Below, piece by piece: positions 36,721 through 44,878 of a stretch of DNA of 64,000 nucleotides (position 1 is its first letter; every line of letters starts with the position of its first letter). The notes under the pieces are model-generated. The model saw only the letters and a list, made by a program, of their open reading frames with translations. It searched no databases and was not told where the DNA came from. Made by a program: the position numbers and the translations under genes. Source of the stretch: a virus. The stretch lies in the IMG/VR virus record IMGVR_UViG_3300049846_001597, positions 8,313 to 72,312 of that record; one strand, given 5' to 3'.

Positions 36721-36930
36721 TTACATGCCTCCCTTGCCGCCAAAGAGGCCCTTGGGGTTCATAAAAGCGTTCTGCGTCACGCCGGTCGTTGGGCCGCGCG
36801 GATTGGCGCTGGGCGGCTTGATTGCGCCCCCGCCATTACGGCGCTTGCCGCCTTGCGACGGCGCGCCAAACATCTCCGGGTTCTGCATCCAGAATTGGCG
36901 CAGCAGGTGAGGCGGCCACTGATACATCAT
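36721..36930 (-). CDS. Small Gly/Pro-rich protein
   Basis: Coupled ORF. Confidence 0.5.
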   Translation of the reverse strand: MMYQWPPHLLRQFWMQNPEMFGAPSQGGKRRNGGGAIKPPSANPRGPTTGVTQNAFMNPKGLFGGKGGM

Positions 36931-37469
36931 GGACGCTCATCCCATTCATCGGGGTGGTCGTTGCCGGAGTAGCCAACGTAGTCGGTGTTCAGTCTGCTGA
37001 TGATGTCGCGCATGCGTTGTTCGCGCGCGTGCTGGCGGCGGAAGTTGTCGAAGCGCATGCGCCACGTTGAGCGCGAGAAATTCGGCGCATCGTCGGAGAG
37101 ATGCTCGGTCACCGCCTCGTTGCCGCTATTGGCGACGGACAGCTCCGTCATAAGCGCCTCAAGCAAACGGCGTTGCTCGCGGACGGCGCGGCGCTGTTCG
37201 CGCAACGGATCATTGCGCTGTCGCGCATACTCAAGCGCGGCGGTTTGGCCTAAAACCGTCCCGCCAAGAGCAACCGCGAGCGTCGGGCGGATGTCGCGCT
37301 CGAAACTATAGACGCCTCGCTCGCGCTCCATATCGGCAACCGCACGGGCGCGATCTCTTTCGGTGATGTGTCTGCGCCAGCCGCGCCCGAAAGCGCCTCG
37401 GCCATAAGCGCGACGCGGCATATTAGAAAGCGCGTTGTCGGCGGCGGAGCGAAGCAGGCGGCCAATCAC
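36927..37469 (-). CDS. Arg-rich protein with one hydrophobic helix
   Basis: Coupled ORF; TLAVALGGTVLG. Confidence 0.55.
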   Translation of the reverse strand: MIGRLLRSAADNALSNMPRRAYGRGAFGRGWRRHITERDRARAVADMERERGVYSFERDIRPTLAVALGGTVLGQTAALEYARQRNDPLREQRRAVREQRRLLEALMTELSVANSGNEAVTEHLSDDAPNFSRSTWRMRFDNFRRQHAREQRMRDIISRLNTDYVGYSGNDHPDEWDERP

Positions 37470-37696
37470 AGGTCGTCTCCGGTGATCGGGTCGTTATCGT
37501 CAGTGAAGGTGTAGTTGGTGTTGTCGAGACGCACGTTCTTGACCGGCGCGCCCTCGGCTGGGTTTACATAAGGCGTCGTCAAATAGACAAGCGGCGGGTC
37601 ATAGCACTGGCGGCACACAAACAATTGCGTCCACTCAATGCGGCAGTCGTCGTGCTTTACGGTGAACCCGCAGCGGTCGCAGATCGCCTTTACCAT
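37466..37696 (-). CDS. Zinc-binding virion-module protein
   Basis: AICDRCGF...EW..L.VC..CYDP. Confidence 0.7.
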   Translation of the reverse strand: MVKAICDRCGFTVKHDDCRIEWTQLFVCRQCYDPPLVYLTTPYVNPAEGAPVKNVRLDNTNYTFTDDNDPITGDDL

Positions 37697-37746
37697 CGCA
37701 TCAGTGTAGGCGAGAGCAGCTTTCTGCTGCCCTCAAACCCACCGGG

Positions 37747-38469
37747 TTAGCGTTCAAACAGGATTTCGAGGAAATCCACAGAAAGCGTGCGGGCGTTGGC
37801 GTCACCAGCCTGCACCGCGATGGTGACGGCAAGTTCTTCATCGTCAACAATATTGGTGGTGGAGGTGATGTCTGTACCAACCGGCACGCCATCAAGCATC
37901 GCGGTAAGCGTGCTCTTGCCGTCGAAGTACATTTCGGCAGTGACGTAAGTGTCATCGACCATCGAGCCCATCGTGATCGTGGATGCGGTCGAGTTCTTGG
38001 CCGCAGCCGCAACCAAAGTCGTCGCGCCATCAGCCTTGTAAAAGGCGATATAGTCGCTCGGAAGCGACTGCAGTGGCGAAGTGTCGGTGATTGCGAGGCC
38101 GATGATGACATCTGACTCGGTCGCGTTGGATACCTTGAAGCGGGCGCGTATCCAGAACTTCTTGGTGGCCGTGAACTTGAAACTCTCGACGGTTGCGCCT
38201 GAGCCGCCAGCCCATTGCAGCGAGTTGACATCGTTGTCGGTTGACGTGTTGACGAGCGAGAGGATGCCGCCGTGACCCGCAGCAGCAGCAGCCTGAGTTG
38301 CGCCAGCTTGGGTTTCAGTGACAACCCAATCGCCTGAAGTGTAGCCGTGGAAGTCATCGAACCAGCGCACGTAACGCGTCGGGTCAGGTTGAGGGTAGAA
38401 GCGGCCCATGCCTGCGTTGCCGGAGGCATGGTCATTGATCCCGTTTGGATAACGGACAGGTGTCGTCAT
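37747..38469 (-). CDS. Putative capsid decoration/structural protein
   Basis: PVRYPNG..WFDDF; beta-sandwich composition. Confidence 0.65.
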   Translation of the reverse strand: MTTPVRYPNGINDHASGNAGMGRFYPQPDPTRYVRWFDDFHGYTSGDWVVTETQAGATQAAAAAGHGGILSLVNTSTDNDVNSLQWAGGSGATVESFKFTATKKFWIRARFKVSNATESDVIIGLAITDTSPLQSLPSDYIAFYKADGATTLVAAAAKNSTASTITMGSMVDDTYVTAEMYFDGKSTLTAMLDGVPVGTDITSTTNIVDDEELAVTIAVQAGDANARTLSVDFLEILFER

Positions 38470-38555
38470 GGCGCGAACTCCATAGTGGTTCCCCGGAATG
38501 GGGCTTTCGCAAAAACGACACTCCGCTATCGATGTGAATAAATTGCTAAAGGGGC

Positions 38556-38584
38556 TTGCGTCTTCGTCTTCAATGTACTACATT
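38556..38584 (+). promoter_or_regulatory. Sigma70 promoter with ATGTACTACAT operator
   Basis: TTGCGT-N17-TACATT, then AAGGAGAC RBS. Confidence 0.75.
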
Positions 38585-38609
38585 GAACTTATCGAAGGAG
38601 ACTGTCCTC

Positions 38610-38828
38610 ATGTTTGACGTACAAGTTATCAATCACGGCTCGCTCATCGGCTTCCTGCCGATGACCCAGGAGGCCAAGGATTGGATCGATGAGAAGGTCG
38701 ATCCTGACGCCCAATATCTGGGCCGCCAACTCATGGTCGAGCCGCGCTACGCGGGCGACATCGTGCTTGGCATGGCCGCCGATGGCCTGGAGATCGACGG
38801 CGATTTTGTCGGCGGAACGGGAGACTGA
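38610..38828 (+). CDS. Hypothetical early protein
   Basis: Promoter plus RBS; NHGSL...W.DE.V...VEPRY. Confidence 0.75.
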   Translation: MFDVQVINHGSLIGFLPMTQEAKDWIDEKVDPDAQYLGRQLMVEPRYAGDIVLGMAADGLEIDGDFVGGTGD

Positions 38829-38831
38829 GCC

Positions 38832-39203
38832 GTGGCTGCGAAGAAGACCAAGAAGCGCGCGCAACCTCTGCTCATGGCGACCGCGCCGACCCTGCGCCAG
38901 CAGCTGGAAGACTCGCTCGTCATCACCGAGCTGGCTCCCCGCGCTCTGAAGGCGAAAGTGGATCGCCTGGGTGACCTCAACGCCGAGATCGCCCGCCTGA
39001 CGGAGAAGGCTGACGAGCTGAAGGCGGAGCTGAAGGCGACGGGCCGCACCGAGATCGTCGGTAGCCGCTTCCGTGCTGTCATCAGCACCCGCGAAAGCAC
39101 CCGCCTCGATACCGCGATAGTGAAGGGCTTCCTCACCGTCGAGCAGATCATCGCGGCGTCGAAGACACAAACCTCAACCGCGATCAGCCTCTACGACCGC
39201 TAG
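38832..39203 (+). CDS. Hypothetical coiled-coil protein
   Basis: VDRLGDLNAEIARL...LKAELK. Confidence 0.7.
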   Translation: MAAKKTKKRAQPLLMATAPTLRQQLEDSLVITELAPRALKAKVDRLGDLNAEIARLTEKADELKAELKATGRTEIVGSRFRAVISTRESTRLDTAIVKGFLTVEQIIAASKTQTSTAISLYDR

Positions 39204-39223
39204 AAAGAGAAGGAGAAACGCAA

Positions 39224-39249
39224 AAGGCCCCGGAGTGATCCGGGGCCTT
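39224..39249. terminator. Terminator between convergent genes
   Basis: AAGGCCCCGGA-GTGA-TCCGGGGCCTT. Confidence 0.8.
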
Positions 39250-39309
39250 CCGTTATCGCCACGCCCGAGACTTAAGGTTTGAGCATGGGTGAGGGGTGGC
39301 GAAATTGCG

Positions 39310-39846
39310 TTACAGACGGAAGCGCACGCCCACCGTCAACTCGTCAGCGGCGACGTCGAAGCCGCCGAAGTCGCTATCCATATCGGCTTCGATGCGGCGG
39401 AACTGCACCTCGCCAATCATGCGCTCGCTGAGCCGGTAAGCTCCGCCAACCGCCCAATGATAACCTTCACCGGAGGCGTTCACGGAGCCGAAGCCGAAAC
39501 TGGCTTCGCCATCCACGTAATCGATGCCGACGCCGCCAAACACCGAAGCGTTGTCGCCGACAGGCAGATCGAGGTAGGCGGTGGCGTGATAATCAAGCGC
39601 ATCGGCGTTGATCGCGCCCGCGAAGTCGCCGGAGAGGCGCGCGACGCCAGCCTCAACACGCACCGGCCCGACGCCCGTGCCGATAGCCGCCCCGTAGGCC
39701 AGCCCGTCATTCAGTGTAAGGCCGCCTACATCCGCCGAGGATTGGCCGATGGAGAGCTTGCCATACCACTCGTCGGCGTGCGCGTTGGGTGCGATAAAGA
39801 CCGGCCCAAGCAACGCCGATGCGATCAGGAGTTGAGAGATTTTCAT
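39310..39846 (-). CDS. Eight-stranded outer-membrane beta-barrel (OmpA/Ail/Lom-like)
   Basis: Signal peptide ending AHA, alternating beta strands, RVE, terminal VGVRFRL. Confidence 0.85.
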   Translation of the reverse strand: MKISQLLIASALLGPVFIAPNAHADEWYGKLSIGQSSADVGGLTLNDGLAYGAAIGTGVGPVRVEAGVARLSGDFAGAINADALDYHATAYLDLPVGDNASVFGGVGIDYVDGEASFGFGSVNASGEGYHWAVGGAYRLSERMIGEVQFRRIEADMDSDFGGFDVAADELTVGVRFRL

Positions 39847-39891
39847 GGTTCCCCGCTTCAATTGAAGTCCGGGGAGGGTTGAGCGGGTTCG

Positions 39892-39907
39892 GTTAAGAAG
39901 AGGTTAC
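39892..39907 (-). promoter_or_regulatory. CtrA-like box, within a 16-bp repeat also at 40599-40614
   Basis: Minus strand GTAA-N7-TTAAC; second copy TTTA-N7-TTAAC. Confidence 0.5.
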
Positions 39908-39908
39908 G

Positions 39909-40151
39909 TCACCAATAATAGCTATGTGGCTTATGATTTCCAAGCGGCCACGCAATGCTATCTGGATCAGCGCCAGCGCGCAGTTTTGCCAAGAGCATGC
40001 GGTTATGCGCGCGCTTTGGTCTTGTGTGATAAACGATGTCCCACCAGCGCGGCCAGTTGCCCATCCAGTTGTAATATTTCGCGCGGTCGTGCTTATCCAG
40101 GCTGCGGCCTGATGAAGACGTGCGCGGGCGGCGGCGTTTGAAGTTCGCCAT
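39909..40151 (-). CDS. Small basic Trp-rich protein
   Basis: GGAG RBS; MANFKRRRPR...WMGNWPRWW...HTRPKR...YYW. Confidence 0.7.
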   Translation of the reverse strand: MANFKRRRPRTSSSGRSLDKHDRAKYYNWMGNWPRWWDIVYHTRPKRAHNRMLLAKLRAGADPDSIAWPLGNHKPHSYYW

Positions 40152-40189
40152 GACAATGTGGCTCCGTTGTTACCTACATTGTCATGGCG
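40146..40189 (-). promoter_or_regulatory. 14-bp perfect hairpin with Met-Thr-Met-amber uORF (40174-40185) sequestering the downstream start codon
   Basis: CGCCATGACAATGT / ACATTGTCATGGCG; AGGAG precedes the uORF. Confidence 0.7.
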
Positions 40190-40202
40190 TTCTCCTGTGA
40201 AT

Positions 40203-40278
40203 TGGGGATAAGGGTTGGATTCGCACCAACGGCCTCCGGGGTATGAACCCGGCGCTCTAACTGCTGAGCTACCTTATC
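40203..40278 (-). tRNA. tRNA with CAT anticodon (Met or Ile2), encoded CCA
   Basis: GATAAGG/CCTTATC acceptor, GCTC/GAGC D stem, CCGGG-TTCATAC-CCCGG, GTTGG-TGCGAAT-CCAAC; 76 nt. Confidence 0.88.
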
Positions 40279-40360
40279 AAAACCGCCAGTCTTTTCCCCT
40301 GCCGGGGTTCATGTTCGGGGCGCTGGCTTCCCCTAGCGGTTGGCTAGGCCGCGCGGAGGG

Positions 40361-40447
40361 TTAACCCCAGCCTTCGATGCCAGCAGAACCGCCGTCGTCA
40401 ATCTTCACGGTGCCGCCCCAGCCCTCAATCAAATAACCTTTGCGCAT
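40361..40447 (-). CDS. 28-aa peptide with two IEGWG motifs
   Basis: GGAGG RBS; MRKGYLIEGWGGTVKIDDGGSAGIEGWG. Confidence 0.55.
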   Translation of the reverse strand: MRKGYLIEGWGGTVKIDDGGSAGIEGWG

Positions 40448-40495
40448 GCGCTGCCTCCGATAACACGCGACGCTGCCGCCGCGTGTCCGACATAG

Positions 40496-40526
40496 AAAAA
40501 CTCCCCCGCCTTTACAAGCGGGGGAG
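40496..40526 (-). terminator. Intrinsic terminator
   Basis: CTCCCCCGC stem followed by TTTTT on the minus strand. Confidence 0.7.
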
Positions 40527-40648
40527 AAGTAGACGTTGGGTTACTAGGAAGGGAAGAAAGCAAAAGATAGAGTCTCTTGCAAGATCAACCCTTGCGCCGG
40601 TTCGGTTAAGAAGACGTAAACGCGACAGGCGACTTGTCATAAGTAGGT

Positions 40649-40681
40649 AAAAAGAAGGAGCCCCGCCGTTTCCAGCGGGGC
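40649..40681 (-). terminator. Terminator after the major capsid gene
   Basis: GCCCCGC stem followed by TCCTTCTTTTT. Confidence 0.65.
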
Positions 40682-40741
40682 GCCTAAGTATTGCGTATCG
40701 CAGCCAAGCGATAACCGAGCGCCCGTAGGCGTCAGCTAGAC

Positions 40742-41659
40742 TTAGCCTGCGCCTTGCGTGCCGTAAATGGCGCGCCAGTCGCTCCAGCCGGTCGAGAAGC
40801 GCATCGTGCTTTTGGCGCGGGCGTTCTCGGTGCCGAAGTCTTCGTCTTTGCCGAAGTCGAGCTTACGGCGCTCAAACAACTTCAGACCCTTGTCGCCGCC
40901 GATGTCCACCGTGATGAACCACGCATCAGCGTCCGTAAGATACGGGCTGACGAGCGGGCCATCCGAGAAGATGCCCATCGACTTGATGGCGTTGAGGTCG
41001 TTGTTGCCGGTGCCGGGACGCAGCGTCGAGTTCAGGTAGCGCTCGGCGTTGAACATCTCGTTGACCGGGATGACCAGCCGCTTCGGCGACGCTTGGATGC
41101 GCAGACCACGCGCATTCTTCATGTTGGTGATGTCCTTCACCGCGTCTTCAAGCGATGCTTCAGACAAGTCAGCGTCGGTCGCTGGGCGGTTGGCTTGGTT
41201 GCCAGAGCGGGTGACGTGCGCCGTCGAGCAGAGCACAACACCGTCGCCGCCAAGGTAAGACGAGTTGAACGCGCGGTTGAGCACGTTCCAGCACACCGTC
41301 TCTTTCGTTTTGCGCATCGAGAAGGCGAGGGCGCGAGCACGTCCGCGCGAAAGCGCGTCGTACTGGCTGTCTTCCATCTCTTCGCGCGTGACGATGTAAC
41401 CGAGCGCGTAAGACGAGTGGATGAACGAAGACTTGATGCCTTCGCGCGCTTCGTCGTACGTGATCGGCGCGCCTTCCGCCTTCAGCGGCGCGAGGCCGAA
41501 CTGAGTGCTTTCAGCGATGACTTCCATGTGCTTGCTTGACGAGTTGACGTCAAACAGCTCTTTGTAGGTTTCCGGCTGCTCCTTGTAGGAGAGGCCAAAC
41601 CATTCGTACACGCCCGGCCAGAGAGCATCTGGGTGGGCTGAACGGGTAATAACTGACAT
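40742..41659 (-). CDS. Major capsid protein
   Basis: ALWPG..WFG; K.EG..I.YD; YALGY.VT.E..ED; DLSEASLE; YLTD.DAWF; RFS.GWSDWR. Confidence 0.9.
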   Translation of the reverse strand: MSVITRSAHPDALWPGVYEWFGLSYKEQPETYKELFDVNSSSKHMEVIAESTQFGLAPLKAEGAPITYDEAREGIKSSFIHSSYALGYIVTREEMEDSQYDALSRGRARALAFSMRKTKETVCWNVLNRAFNSSYLGGDGVVLCSTAHVTRSGNQANRPATDADLSEASLEDAVKDITNMKNARGLRIQASPKRLVIPVNEMFNAERYLNSTLRPGTGNNDLNAIKSMGIFSDGPLVSPYLTDADAWFITVDIGGDKGLKLFERRKLDFGKDEDFGTENARAKSTMRFSTGWSDWRAIYGTQGAG

Positions 41660-41672
41660 CGTTCAATCCCCC

Positions 41673-42254
41673 TTAGACGCCAGCTGAGCCAGGACGGTAG
41701 CTGTGCATGTTGATCTTCACGATCACATCCACGCCGGTCGCGTTGATCTCGTTGTCGGGCCGCCCTTCTGGGAAGCCGATAACGAGCAACTGATCGGTGT
41801 TTGTGGTTGCGAGTTCGGAAGCGTCGAGCTGGAAGCCCGACAGACCCGTGTAGGCGTTGAGGGAGCCAGAAACGATTTGGCAGGTGTTGCCTACGTTGGT
41901 GACATCAACAGCCGCGTCAGCTTTGACGAGATAAAGCTGCTCGGGGTCGTCAGAGACGAGCAAGTTATAGGCGGTCGAGGCCGCGCCATACTTGAGCGAA
42001 GGGATCGGTTCGGTCGGCACGAAACCAACGACGACGCCCGTGATGTAATCCGTGGTCACAGCGGTGCCGACCGTCGCGCGGATTACAGTGGGGTAGCCGT
42101 TCGTATCGGCTGAGCCAGCGAGAACTACCGGGTCGCCAACCGCGAGAGCCGTGCCGTCGCCAGACGCATGCGCGTATTGACGGACACGACCAACAAAGTT
42201 GCCGCCCAGAAGATCAACCGGCTTGAAACCGAAGGCCGTAGTAGAGTTAGCCAT
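41673..42254 (-). CDS. Capsid cement/decoration protein
   Basis: MAN...FGFKPV; GDPV; V.DDP; immediately upstream of the capsid gene. Confidence 0.75.
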   Translation of the reverse strand: MANSTTAFGFKPVDLLGGNFVGRVRQYAHASGDGTALAVGDPVVLAGSADTNGYPTVIRATVGTAVTTDYITGVVVGFVPTEPIPSLKYGAASTAYNLLVSDDPEQLYLVKADAAVDVTNVGNTCQIVSGSLNAYTGLSGFQLDASELATTNTDQLLVIGFPEGRPDNEINATGVDVIVKINMHSYRPGSAGV

Positions 42255-42278
42255 CAGGATTTCTCCAGATCAAAAGGG

Positions 42279-42758
42279 TTAGAGCTTGTTGTCTGCGTCG
42301 CGCGGCGTGTAGACGCGGGGGTCGCCCGCTTCCAAACCCGCGCCGTTAGGTCCGTTCAAAACCTTCTGGCCCAATTCGGCGGCCTTCATTTCCTCGTCCA
42401 ACCGTTTCTGATTGGCGGCATGGTCTGCTTCAAAAAACTCTACCGGCTTCTTCATTAACCGAGTGTTTAGAGCGAGACGATTTTGCGCCACGTCTGCGTG
42501 GCGCGTAGCTGGGACGGCTGCGCCGAGTTCGTCGTCGGTCACCAAGTCCCAATCTTGACGATAGAGCTGATCGATGCGGCCCGGCTGATCCACGACCCAG
42601 CGGTAGCGGAAGTTCGGGTCTTTCGATTCAGGCGGCACGTGCAGGCGCTTGACGATGCCGTTGTCGTTTGGATCACGGCGGCGGCGCACGTTTGCATCTT
42701 CAACCGCGCGCGCGACGCGGCCACGTGAAGCCGGTTTCGGCGCTTCAGTCGAGGACAT
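42279..42758 (-). CDS. Conserved head-module protein
   Basis: FRYRWV.D.PGRI...W..V...LMKKP.E. Confidence 0.7.
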   Translation of the reverse strand: MSSTEAPKPASRGRVARAVEDANVRRRRDPNDNGIVKRLHVPPESKDPNFRYRWVVDQPGRIDQLYRQDWDLVTDDELGAAVPATRHADVAQNRLALNTRLMKKPVEFFEADHAANQKRLDEEMKAAELGQKVLNGPNGAGLEAGDPRVYTPRDADNKL

Positions 42759-43845
42759 TGCCAGTATCTCCATTGTAGATTTTTGCGAAGCGAACGATGT
42801 CGCCTTTGAAGGAGCCGTTTTTCTTTTGCTCTTGGTAAACGGCGCGCGCCTCGGGCGGCAGCGCGTTCCAAGCTTGCGCTTCGGGGCTCGCCATGCGGGA
42901 GCTGGACGGCATGCGGGAGCCGCTCTGGACGTTGGCAGCCGGGCGACGCTGTTGCTGGACCGGCTGCTCAAAGGCTTCGTCTTTTTTGACGAACTTGCCT
43001 GTCACCGGGTCTTGCGGCTGCGCCGCGCGCGGCTGACGCTCGCTCTCCATCTCCCACGGCGCATCCTCAAGCTCATCGTCTTGCGGAGCAACTTGCGGGG
43101 CAGGGCGCGCTTGGGATTGCGCGCGACCCTTAAAGTAGTCGGGGTACTCTTCGCGCAGCGCCGCCTTGACGGCTTGAATCTGCATGCTCTTTGGGTAGCC
43201 CGCGTCGGCGTAATCTTGCGCGATGGAGAAGGCGTAGGAGTACGCCTCTTCGTCTTGTACGACCCACGGATGCTCTTTCAGGAACTTGCCGACAATCGGA
43301 TCGGCCAGCATCTCTTGCGCTTGCTGGGTGTAGTTGATTTCCGGCTCCTGCCGGAATTTCTCATCGAGCGCGGCCTGCGCCTGATGCTTTTGGGCGTCGA
43401 GTTCTTCGTAGAGTTCGTCGTTGCCGTCTTTGGCCGCCTTGCGCTTCTCCGACTCGAAGTAGCGCTCGATCTCGGCGCGGTGGCGGGCCTCTTGCTCTTG
43501 CGCCAGCTGCGAGGTGGTGCGCGTTAAGCGCTCCATCCGCTGCTGCAACTCATCGTAGGAGCGCTGGCTGGCGCGCAAGTGGCGGGTCGCCTCTCTGGCG
43601 CGCTCAGCAGCAGCTTGTTGTTTGGCGTGTGTGGTGCGCAGATACTGATCTGCGGGGGTCCAGCCTTCTTTCGGACCCTTCCACTGGCTCTCGGGCTTCC
43701 AGCCTAGTTCGCTGGCGAGCTTCTCGATCTCATTGAGTTCTGGCGCTTCGATGGCCGCCCCGTCATCAGCGGGGAGATTCGGATCGGGCTGATTTTCAGC
43801 AGCCCCGGTATCAAGCGCCCACTCTTCTTCGTGGGCTGCACTCAT
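42745..43845 (-). CDS. Putative scaffolding protein
   Basis: A.ELGWKP...W.G...W..A; acidic coiled coil; LPPEAR C-terminus. Confidence 0.75.
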   Translation of the reverse strand: MSAAHEEEWALDTGAAENQPDPNLPADDGAAIEAPELNEIEKLASELGWKPESQWKGPKEGWTPADQYLRTTHAKQQAAAERAREATRHLRASQRSYDELQQRMERLTRTTSQLAQEQEARHRAEIERYFESEKRKAAKDGNDELYEELDAQKHQAQAALDEKFRQEPEINYTQQAQEMLADPIVGKFLKEHPWVVQDEEAYSYAFSIAQDYADAGYPKSMQIQAVKAALREEYPDYFKGRAQSQARPAPQVAPQDDELEDAPWEMESERQPRAAQPQDPVTGKFVKKDEAFEQPVQQQRRPAANVQSGSRMPSSSRMASPEAQAWNALPPEARAVYQEQKKNGSFKGDIVRFAKIYNGDTGNVLD

Positions 43846-43943
43846 TGTGTTTCTAACACGCTCCTCAAGGCACGCGGAATGCGTGCTGGATTGTGAGAGA
43901 ATACGAGAGGCTTAAAGCACGCTGGCTTCAGCGTTATTGACGC

Positions 43944-44183
43944 TCAGTCGAGATCGCGCGCAAGCGCCTCGCACGCCTCTTGGACATATTGACGTGGTTC
44001 ATTGCGAACTGCGCTTACATGATCGAGGAGGGCGTTATAGAGGCCGGGATTTCCAGCGCGCAGCGGATGCGAGAGCGGCAGCTTCAACAGCGTGACGTAG
44101 GCGTGGACAACCTTCACGTCATGGGCGGCGAGGCCGCCCATCAGGCCGTTAGCCTTGTGCGTGATGGCGTAGTCGTCGCTCAT
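43944..44183 (-). CDS. Hypothetical protein
   Basis: Coupled ORF. Confidence 0.5.
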   Translation of the reverse strand: MSDDYAITHKANGLMGGLAAHDVKVVHAYVTLLKLPLSHPLRAGNPGLYNALLDHVSAVRNEPRQYVQEACEALARDLD

Positions 44184-44358
44184 CGGCTTCGCACCAAAGC
44201 AAGGCGCGCCGCATGCGGCTGGCAGGGCGGCGCTTCAGCCCGCATCGCGTCTTTGAAGCGGCTGATCTTGGTGGCGCGGAATGGGATGGCGGAGTAGTCG
44301 CGGCAGGTCTTGCCAGCGGCTTCGCCGCAGGTTGGGCATTTAGGAAGCGGCTGGTCGT

Positions 44359-44688
44359 TCAAAACACTTCGCCTTTGGCCATTGCGACAGCTTCCTGAAA
44401 GCGCTCGTCGCGCTCCAGCATCTGACACAGCATCTCGTCGGCTTGGCGATTGTAGCGGTTCAACACCCGCAAATGCGGCGCGATGAACTGCTCCTCCACG
44501 ATGGCGTAAAGCTCGCGATCTGGCGCGCTAGGGAAGCCGCCAACCTTAGCGACGCCCTTGGCGATGCGGAACAGATGCTCGCGCGCGCCGAGCGGGCTCT
44601 CGATGTGCTCAGGATCGGAAGATGTCGCCGGGGCTTTCTTCCCAGCTGCGGACTTGCGCTTCGGCTTCGATGATGGTGCTTCGGTCAT
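44359..44688 (-). CDS. Hypothetical protein
   Basis: GAGG RBS. Confidence 0.5.
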   Translation of the reverse strand: MTEAPSSKPKRKSAAGKKAPATSSDPEHIESPLGAREHLFRIAKGVAKVGGFPSAPDRELYAIVEEQFIAPHLRVLNRYNRQADEMLCQMLERDERFQEAVAMAKGEVF

Positions 44689-44878
44689 GTGTGCCTCTGG
44701 CGACAGTGATAAGATTGTTGCGCGCGGTGTAGAGCGCCGCAAGCGCATCCCGCGTCTCACTTTTGATTTCATGCATGCGCCGCTCAATCGCGCGCCCTTC
44801 TGCGTTCAGCGCATTGAGATCATCAAGCGCCGTGCGCAGTGTCGCCACCGCCTGCAGGAGAGCGGGCAACTCGCTCAT
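44609..44878 (-). CDS. Hypothetical coiled-coil protein
   Basis: ATGA coupling to the GroES-like gene. Confidence 0.45.
   Translation of the reverse strand: MSELPALLQAVATLRTALDDLNALNAEGRAIERRMHEIKSETRDALAALYTARNNLITVARGTHDRSTIIEAEAQVRSWEESPGDIFRS

Noticed and set aside
40203-40278. tRNA as a prophage attachment site
   Set aside because: No duplicated 3' end or integrase nearby; phage genes continue on both sides
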